Below, one piece after another: positions 1-4,708 of a DNA stretch of 7,806 bases. The notes below the pieces were generated by a model. It was not told where the DNA came from, made no database searches, and saw only the letters and a program-made list of their open reading frames with translations. Source of the stretch: a virus; IMG/VR virus record IMGVR_UViG_3300023489_000040, positions 1 to 7,806 of that record; one strand, written 5' to 3'. The position numbers and the translations under genes are program-made. Position 1 is the first letter of the stretch; the number at the start of each line of letters is the position of its first letter.

Positions 1-28
1 TCCGATCTGCGGTCATAGTGAGAAAGGA

Positions 29-47
29 GGGGCGGCTTTGCCGCCCC
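29..47. terminator. GC-rich stem-loop immediately 3' of minus-strand CDS 58..381 (possibly shared with a plus-strand gene ending before position 18)
   Basis: GGGGCGG (29-35) pairs perfectly with CCGCCCC (41-47) around a 5-nt loop CTTTG. On the minus strand it begins 10 nt after the TAA stop and is followed by TCCTTTCT. The U-tract is weak on both strands. Confidence 0.5.
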
Positions 48-57
48 TGGGGGTTAT

Positions 58-381
58 TTAGTGAGCTTCAACGCGGGAAGCGTCCTGCGTCCAGTTGAGG
101 TTTTCTCCTTCAATTTCTTCGCCCGTCATTTGTTCAAAGACCATGAAGATTTCAACCTTGTTCCCTTCTGCATCATAGCCGGGAGCAGACCATTCTTCCA
201 TATAGCTGCCGTCTTCGTATTTGTCCGCATAGGAGCCAGGGAAAACCCTGTTGGTGTATTCCATCTGGCGCGCTGCATAGTAGGTCTTGCCTTCAAACTT
301 GTAGCTGCCAAATTCACGTTCAAGAGCGGTCAGGTTGATTTCTTCTCCGTCTTCCGTGGTGATGATTTTGTTATCGTTCAT
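58..381 (-). CDS. small, strongly acidic hypothetical protein (107 aa), no family recognised
   Basis: ATG at 381-379 and TAA at 60-58. The composition is diverse and protein-like, in contrast to the F/V/L-rich antisense ORF 61..465. Hand count gives 24 D/E versus 9 K/R. It has its own upstream promoter-like region and a downstream hairpin, and is visibly more AT-rich than the phage structural genes. Confidence 0.7.
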   Translation of the reverse strand: MNDNKIITTEDGEEINLTALEREFGSYKFEGKTYYAARQMEYTNRVFPGSYADKYEDGSYMEEWSAPGYDAEGNKVEIFMVFEQMTGEEIEGENLNWTQDASRVEAH

Positions 382-385
382 TGTC

Positions 386-398
386 TTGTTCTTTCTAG
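386..398. repeat. 13-bp direct repeat TTGTTCTTTCTAG, copy 1 (lies 4 nt upstream of the ATG of CDS 58..381 when read on the minus strand)
   Basis: Exact 13/13 identity with 562-574. The flanking bases differ on both sides. Confidence 0.8.
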
Positions 399-453
399 TT
401 TTGTTATTTGGATTATGTCTTCGTTCGGTCCCTTACCTCCCGTCAACAAAATT

Positions 454-482
454 AAGTTACTATAAAATTTATAGTAACGCAA
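454..482 (-). promoter_or_regulatory. candidate sigma70-type promoter for CDS 58..381
   Basis: On the minus strand there is TTGCGT (482-477), a 17-nt spacer, then TAACTT (459-454). Several TATA-like hexamers lie inside the spacer. Immediately upstream on the minus strand are three T6 tracts (plus-strand A6 at 486-491, 494-499, 504-509), which are UP-element-like or phased bending tracts. The hexamer matches are only moderate. Confidence 0.35.
456..478. promoter_or_regulatory. perfect 23-bp palindrome, candidate operator overlapping the promoter
   Basis: GTTACTATAAA-A-TTTATAGTAAC has 11-bp arms that are perfectly complementary around a single central base. It spans the spacer and touches both promoter hexamers, which is the geometry of a dimeric repressor site. 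The palindrome is a fact of the sequence; its function is inferred. Confidence 0.45.
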
Positions 483-561
483 GAGAAAAAATGAAAAAAG
501 GTGAAAAAAGTTGTCATTCCGTTTTTGCTTGCGGCCTGGCGCAGAATATGAGAGAAGTAAT

Positions 562-574
562 TTGTTCTTTCTAG
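562..574. repeat. 13-bp direct repeat TTGTTCTTTCTAG, copy 2
   Basis: Exact copy of 386-398, located 176 bp away and directly abutting hairpin 583-598. Confidence 0.8.
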
Positions 575-681
575 GAACACGTCAGCCCTCCGGGGCTGTG
601 GATTAAAACGATCACAAGATCAGCACGAGCGGAAACGCTCATTCCCTTAAAAAGGGCGGTTCTTCGGGGCTGCCCTTTTTT
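575..681 (+). ncRNA. candidate structured small RNA (three tetraloop hairpins, the last an intrinsic terminator)
   Basis: The first hairpin is 583-598, CAGCCC/GGGCUG with loop UCCG. The second is 627-640, GAGCG/CGCUC with loop GAAA. The third is 654-675, a 9-pair stem including G-U pairs with loop UUCG, followed by U6 (676-681). The loops are canonical UNCG/GNRA only when read on the plus strand. The 5' end and promoter are not defined. Confidence 0.3.
654..681. terminator. bidirectional intrinsic terminator (ends minus-strand CDS 680..1198 and could also end a plus-strand transcript)
   Basis: GGGCGGTTC-TTCG-GGGGCTGCCC is flanked by A5 (649-653) upstream and T6 (676-681) downstream. The stop codon of CDS 680..1198 lies in the T-tract. 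Confidence 0.7.
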
Positions 682-1198
682 ATTCCTTCGGGACGGCAGG
701 GGCGGCAAGTACCCGCCATCCGGCGCCGCTGCCATGTCCGCATTTGCGGAAGCGTTGTGCAGCACAAACCAGGAGCTTATAGACCTTTTTCCCCTTTTCT
801 TCGCCGTACCGGTCTATCATGTAGAGTTTGAGATTCCGAGCCGTGACTTTCTCTCCATCCGGGGATTCCAGCAGCCATATCTTTGCATGGCAATTTGTCT
901 CAAATTTCCCTGTTCTGGGGTGCTTCCTGGGGCCGGGAACTCCCCGATGCTTGCAAGCCTCCTGAAAGGCTTCTGACGTGATTTTCCGCCCCTTCTGGGC
1001 TGCATTCGCGCAAGGATAAGAGCAATGTTTCCGCCGAAAGAGTTTTTTAGCGCGGAATTCCTTTCCGCACACGGGGCAGGTGATAGTTTCCCAGGCGGCG
1101 TCATAGTGTGCCTTGAGGCAAGCGCGGGAGCAGTATACGCTTTCCCGCGCTCCGTAGCGCGGCGGAACATCCTTGCCGCATATAGGACACTTTTTCAC
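680..1198 (-). CDS. basic protein with two tandem zinc ribbons and a C-terminal SPDGE...NL...GW module (172 aa), function unknown
   Basis: GTG start at 1198-1196 and TAA at 682-680. Ribbon 1 is CPICGK-x13-YCSRAC (C-x2-C-x15-C-x3-C). Ribbon 2 is CPVCGK-x12-HCSYPC (C-x2-C-x14-C-x3-C). Hand count gives roughly 37 K/R versus 15 D/E. The C-terminal WLLESPDGEKVTARNLKLYM...GAGWRV resembles a short module seen in phage homing-endonuclease-associated proteins, but I saw no HNH or GIY-YIG catalytic motif. Confidence 0.75.
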   Translation of the reverse strand: MKKCPICGKDVPPRYGARESVYCSRACLKAHYDAAWETITCPVCGKEFRAKKLFRRKHCSYPCANAAQKGRKITSEAFQEACKHRGVPGPRKHPRTGKFETNCHAKIWLLESPDGEKVTARNLKLYMIDRYGEEKGKKVYKLLVCAAQRFRKCGHGSGAGWRVLAAPAVPKE

Positions 1199-1284
1199 AA
1201 AATCTGTATATGTGAGAGGGTCAGATTTGTCAATGGGCCCAGAAAGGAATGAACAAACAGAGTGCTTGATTTGCTAGCTACTTG

Positions 1285-1306
1285 TCCTCTAGAGTAGACC
1301 TGCAGG
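1285..1306. other. polylinker-like sequence with 21/22 identity to the pUC18/19/M13mp BamHI-XbaI-SalI-PstI core
   Basis: The window reads TCCTCTAGAGTAGACCTGCAGG and the vector reads TCCTCTAGAGTCGACCTGCAGG. XbaI (1288-1293) and PstI/SbfI (1299-1306) sites are intact, and an NheI site lies at 1273-1278. Vector identity does not extend beyond the 22 nt. Confidence 0.5.
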
Positions 1307-1411
1307 AAAAAGAAGCAATCACCTACCGCCAACAAGAAAATAGGACGGCCCAGCCTCTATACGGAGGCATTAGCCGACGAGATAGCCTCCCGTTTAGCCA
1401 ACGGGGAAACG

Positions 1412-1819
1412 ATGAAGTCCATTTGCTCGGACGATCACATGCCGGAGGTTTTAACTGTCTGGAGATGGAGGCACGAACGGGAAGAGTTTTGTAAACTCAT
1501 TCAACGCGCGCGGGAAGCGCAGTCAGAAGCCATGCTCGACGAGTGTCAGTCTTTGTCAGATGCCGCTGCCCAGGTTGCCCTCGACCCCGAATGCGGATCC
1601 GCCTCCGTCGCTGCCAAGAAGCTCGCCATTGAAACGCGGCTGAAAGTTGCCGCCCGTTTTGCCCCCGAGAAATTCGGCGACCGAGTCCGGCAGGATGTAG
1701 CGGGCGTTCCCGGCGCTCCATTGGAACGCAAAATCACCCTGGACCCCGAGCAGCTTGCCCAGCTCCGGGAAGACGAGAAAACCGCGCTGGAAACCATTGC
1801 CGGCAAACTCCACCCTTAA
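1412..1819 (+). CDS. terS: terminase small subunit (HTH-type). Coordinates are the first-ATG ORF; homologous coding sequence extends upstream to at least 1343 with no canonical start.
   Basis: In-frame sequence GRPSLYTEALADEIASRLANGETMKSICSDDHMPEVLTVWRW...EF...RAREAQSEAMLDE...ETRLKVAARFAPEKFGD matches the conserved layout of this small-terminase family as I recall it. That layout is an N-terminal HTH, a central QA..DE segment and a C-terminal R.W.A....P.K[YF]GD. It lies immediately upstream of terL. The stop at 1817-1819 is secure; the start is unresolved. Confidence 0.85.
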   Translation: MKSICSDDHMPEVLTVWRWRHEREEFCKLIQRAREAQSEAMLDECQSLSDAAAQVALDPECGSASVAAKKLAIETRLKVAARFAPEKFGDRVRQDVAGVPGAPLERKITLDPEQLAQLREDEKTALETIAGKLHP

Positions 1820-1909
1820 TCGAGCAGGAACCATCTCCCCGTCAGCTTCTTCCTCCGTCACATTCTCGGACTCGATCCTTATCCCTGGCAAATCGAGGCC
1901 ATCAAGGCA

Positions 1910-3199
1910 TTGCTTCTTGGAAAGGTGAGGCTGGGAGGTCGAAGCGTGGCCATGGTTGCTCCGAACGGATCGGGAAAGACGAGCCTATCCATTGCGCCCG
2001 CAATCCTGTGTTTCCTTACCTATTTTCCTCGGGGTCAGGTGCCAGTCACGTCATCATCATGGATGCAGGTAGAAAAACAGCTCTTTCCCGCGCTTCGCCG
2101 CTATATGGATAACCCTTTCTTTGACGGCTGGACATTCAACAAAACCGAAATCCGCACGCCGGAAGGAGGATTTGCCGTGGGATTCTCAACCGACAACGCG
2201 GGACGCGCAGAAGGGTGGCATCCGAAAATCTCGCCCGACGTGGATCCCGTCTTTTACGTCCTGGACGAAGCCAAGACCATTCCCGACTCCATCTTCACCG
2301 CTGTTTCCCGCTGCACGCTCTTCAACGCGTTCATCACCTCGTCGCCGGGTGCCGATTCCGGAACCTTTTACGACTGCTTCCACAAAAATTCATCCCTCTA
2401 CTACAAAATCCGCGTTAAATACGAGGATTGCCCGCACATCGAAATCAACGATCCAGGCAAGGCCGAACGCCTGAAAAAAGAATACGGCGAACAGTCCTCC
2501 TTCTACCGCTCGGCCATCCTCGGCGAATTCACGGACCTTGACGGGCAATCCGTCATTTCCCGCCGCGCCATCATGGAGCTGCTCAACAACCCGCCTCCCT
2601 TTTTGGACACCGGGGAGACCTGCGGCGGCTTTGACTTCGCCGCCGGGGGTGATGAGAATGTCTTCGCGGCCGGACAGGGCAACCGTTTTTTCATCGCCGA
2701 CCACTGGGCCGACCCAGACACTGTAGGAGCGCGCGGACGTTTCCGCCGAAAGGCCGCCGAACTCGGCATCTCTGCCGACCGCATCTTTGCCGACGGCGAC
2801 GGACTGGGGCTTCCCATCATTGACGACTTCCGGGCTGAGGGTTTCCCCGTGCACTCCTACCGGGGAGGCTTCCCGGCAGATGACACACAAGCCTTTGTCA
2901 ACCTCCGCGCCCAAGCATGGAGGGCACTAGCCCGAGCCATCGAAGAAAAAGAGCTCATTCTCGACATCGACGAGGATACCGTTGAGCAACTGGTCGCCCC
3001 CCGCCTCCAGACGGACGCGATTGGGCGCGTCAAAATCGAGAGCAAGGAGGACATGGCAAAGCGGGGCGTCCGCTCTCCAGACCGTGCTGACGCGCTCGTC
3101 ATGGCCTGGCACGCGCGCCGGCACAGCGGACTTGTCCGGGAGCTTGGGACTTGGTATGCCAGACATCCGGCACAAAAACGCGCCATTGGCAGATATTAG
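1910..3199 (+). CDS. terL: terminase large subunit (ATPase plus nuclease). Coordinates are from the first TTG; conserved N-terminal sequence extends upstream to about 1841.
   Basis: Walker A GSGKTS is at 1967-1984 and Walker B LDEA at 2261-2272, with a downstream ITSSPG coupling-type motif. Nuclease-domain acidic motifs are GFDFAAGGDE (2627-2656), ADGDGLG and SPDRADAL (3074-3097). The stop is TAG at 3197-3199. Confidence 0.9.
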   Translation: MLLGKVRLGGRSVAMVAPNGSGKTSLSIAPAILCFLTYFPRGQVPVTSSSWMQVEKQLFPALRRYMDNPFFDGWTFNKTEIRTPEGGFAVGFSTDNAGRAEGWHPKISPDVDPVFYVLDEAKTIPDSIFTAVSRCTLFNAFITSSPGADSGTFYDCFHKNSSLYYKIRVKYEDCPHIEINDPGKAERLKKEYGEQSSFYRSAILGEFTDLDGQSVISRRAIMELLNNPPPFLDTGETCGGFDFAAGGDENVFAAGQGNRFFIADHWADPDTVGARGRFRRKAAELGISADRIFADGDGLGLPIIDDFRAEGFPVHSYRGGFPADDTQAFVNLRAQAWRALARAIEEKELILDIDEDTVEQLVAPRLQTDAIGRVKIESKEDMAKRGVRSPDRADALVMAWHARRHSGLVRELGTWYARHPAQKRAIGRY

Positions 3200-3201
3200 G
3201 G

Positions 3202-3230
3202 TTGACAATATATCAACATATCTATATGTG
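3202..3230 (+). promoter_or_regulatory. candidate sigma70-like promoter inside an AT-rich island between terL and portal
   Basis: Consensus TTGACA is at 3202-3207. TATATG at 3223-3228 gives a 15-nt spacer and TATGTG at 3225-3230 gives a 17-nt spacer. A 7-bp inverted repeat, ATCAACA (3212-3218) and TGTTGAT (3229-3235), overlaps the spacer and the -10. The -10 match is imperfect. Confidence 0.3.
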
Positions 3231-3442
3231 TTGATTTATATTCAATCGCAGGGTAGTGAAACGGTATCATATGAGGTTCCTGTCCTCATGTCGGAGGTCC
3301 AACTCCTCCCCCTGCAACCAACCTTTTCTTTTCCTCCCGCCGCAGGTTTAACGCCGTCCGAAATATCCTCAACGCCCCGAAGCTGGTCGCCCAACAGGAG
3401 ACCAGAATCAAGGAGCTGGAAACAGACCTCGCCCGGCAAGCC

Positions 3443-4708
3443 TTGACGGACCGGAGCCGCACTCCTGGCCGCCCTCAATGGTTTGAATACTGGGACCCTC
3501 TTCAGGGCGCCGGCTTGCAAACACTTATCGATGCACGCAACGAAGCCAGACGCGGCGCCTTTGCGCGGCAAATGCTCATCTGGGACGAGGTTATCTACTC
3601 GGACGGACTTCTGGGCATGCTCTACTCCCGGTTGATTGAAAGCGTTTCCATGCAGGGCTGGAAGATTGACGCCGCGGACGACAGCCCGGAAGCCCAGCAG
3701 CAGAAAAACGCCCTGGAAGAATTCTACAACTCCGTCAACGGACTTCAGCAGTCCTTCGGGCATCTGGCCTCCGCTCTGTTCTACGGCTACGCCCACCTCC
3801 AATATATTGAGGACGCCTGGGGCCGGAGGTTTGAATTCATTCCCCAGCGTTACTGGGTGCGGCCCGGGGAACTTAATGAGTGGCAATTTAACCCCCACTG
3901 TTATATCGGCGTCGATACCGGGGAAAGTGTGGAAGACGAAACTCTCGTCGTGATGGAGCACCGTTACCCCATCCTGTTCCCTGCTTCCCGCGCATCCTTT
4001 GAGCGCAACCACGCCAAGATGATCTGGGACAACCACATGGACCGTTACGGCTCCGCCCCGGCTATTATCACAGCCCCCAAGGAGGCAAGCGCCGCTGTTA
4101 TGGACGCACTTGAGCGCGCCTGCGAAGAGCTCAAGTCTGGCGCATCCGTCGTCCTGCCTCCCGGCTGTACAGCAGAACCTCTCAAGGCATCCTCCATCAA
4201 CGAAAACTACTTCCTATCCCGCATCAACATGGCCGACAAGGATCAGGTGCGGTTTGTGATGGCAGGAACCTTGACTGTTCTGAATGAATCGGGCTCCGGC
4301 ACGCTGGCCGGGTCTGCCCATACGGACAGCTGGAACTCGGTGGTCTCCGCCGTGTGCTCCAAGGTAGCGGAAGCTTTTAACGCCTCCATCAGCCCGCTGG
4401 TGCTGAGAGACGGCGAACCGCTGGCCCGCCTCCAAATCACCTTTGACACCGTTCAGACGCCGCTGCAGAAGGCCGAGGAAATTGCCACTCTTGCGGATGG
4501 AGGCGTCCGTCCCGAGAAAACCGAAATCGAAGAAAAGATCGGCATGTCCATCGAAGACGCGAAGGCAGCCGATCCCGCAGCGGCTGCCGTCAACCGGGAA
4601 CCGGAAGGCACATACATCCCCGCCGACGCTTACGAGCAGCTGCAGCAGCTCATTTATACCGGGCTCATGAAAGGATTTAGCGATGATCAGTACCAAACAA
4701 ATCAATGA
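3443..4708 (+). CDS. portal protein, Mu gp29 / DUF935-like. Coordinates are from the first TTG; the true start is possibly upstream.
   Basis: GLQTLIDARNEARRGAFARQMLIWDEVIYSDGLLGMLYSRLIESVSMQGWKIDAADDS parallels the Mu gp29 N-terminal region as I recall it (...AAQMLRDAERGDL...EEKDTHLFSELSKRRLAIQALEWRI...). Its size and its position after terL and before the protease also fit. Confidence 0.85.
   Translation: MTDRSRTPGRPQWFEYWDPLQGAGLQTLIDARNEARRGAFARQMLIWDEVIYSDGLLGMLYSRLIESVSMQGWKIDAADDSPEAQQQKNALEEFYNSVNGLQQSFGHLASALFYGYAHLQYIEDAWGRRFEFIPQRYWVRPGELNEWQFNPHCYIGVDTGESVEDETLVVMEHRYPILFPASRASFERNHAKMIWDNHMDRYGSAPAIITAPKEASAAVMDALERACEELKSGASVVLPPGCTAEPLKASSINENYFLSRINMADKDQVRFVMAGTLTVLNESGSGTLAGSAHTDSWNSVVSAVCSKVAEAFNASISPLVLRDGEPLARLQITFDTVQTPLQKAEEIATLADGGVRPEKTEIEEKIGMSIEDAKAADPAAAAVNREPEGTYIPADAYEQLQQLIYTGLMKGFSDDQYQTNQ

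Noticed and set aside
1-8. The window begins with TCCGATCT, the 3' end of the Illumina adapter GCTCTTCCGATCT
   Set aside because: It is only 8 nt, the preceding bases are outside the window, and an 8-mer match somewhere in 7.8 kb on two strands is not surprising.
61-465. 134-aa plus-strand ORF overlapping CDS 58..381
   Set aside because: It is the antisense shadow of the minus-strand gene. Its composition is F/V/L/I-rich and low-complexity, and it runs through the promoter and leader region. The minus-strand ORF has the protein-like composition and matching terminator.
491-574. 27-aa ORF MKKGEKSCHSVFACGLAQNMREVICSF in the accessory spacer
   Set aside because: Its first codons are simply the A-tracts. 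It has no convincing SD and no conservation evidence, and it is too short to support from sequence alone.
1199-1229. Inverted repeat AAATCTG (1200-1206) / CAGATTT (1222-1228), plus a third GATTTG at 1267-1272, in the divergent region upstream of terS
   Set aside because: It is only 7 bp with a 15-nt spacer and is easily produced by chance. It could be a terminase or regulator site, but nothing else supports that.
1266-1295. Resemblance of TTGATTTGCTAGCTACTTGTCCTCTAGAGT to synthetic Anderson-type promoters (TTGACAGCTAGCTCAGTCCTAGGTATAAT), and a possible natural promoter TTGATT-18-TAGAGT
   Set aside because: The similarity needs gaps and covers only short blocks (GCTAGCT, TCCT, TAG). The -10 is poor and the spacing is non-optimal. 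It is not strong enough to call either a synthetic part or a real promoter.
1282-1494. TTG-initiated 70-aa ORF overlapping the 5' part of terS in another frame
   Set aside because: The translation has no recognisable features, whereas the neighbouring frame encodes the conserved TerS HTH. There is no SD, and it is relevant only as a conceivable frameshift donor, which I consider less likely than the ATA/ATG explanation.
2982-3446. 154-aa ORF spanning the terL 3' end and the terL-portal gap
   Set aside because: It is out of frame with terL over its first half and S/P/R-rich throughout. Only its internal ATG at 3288 is discussed as a possible portal start.
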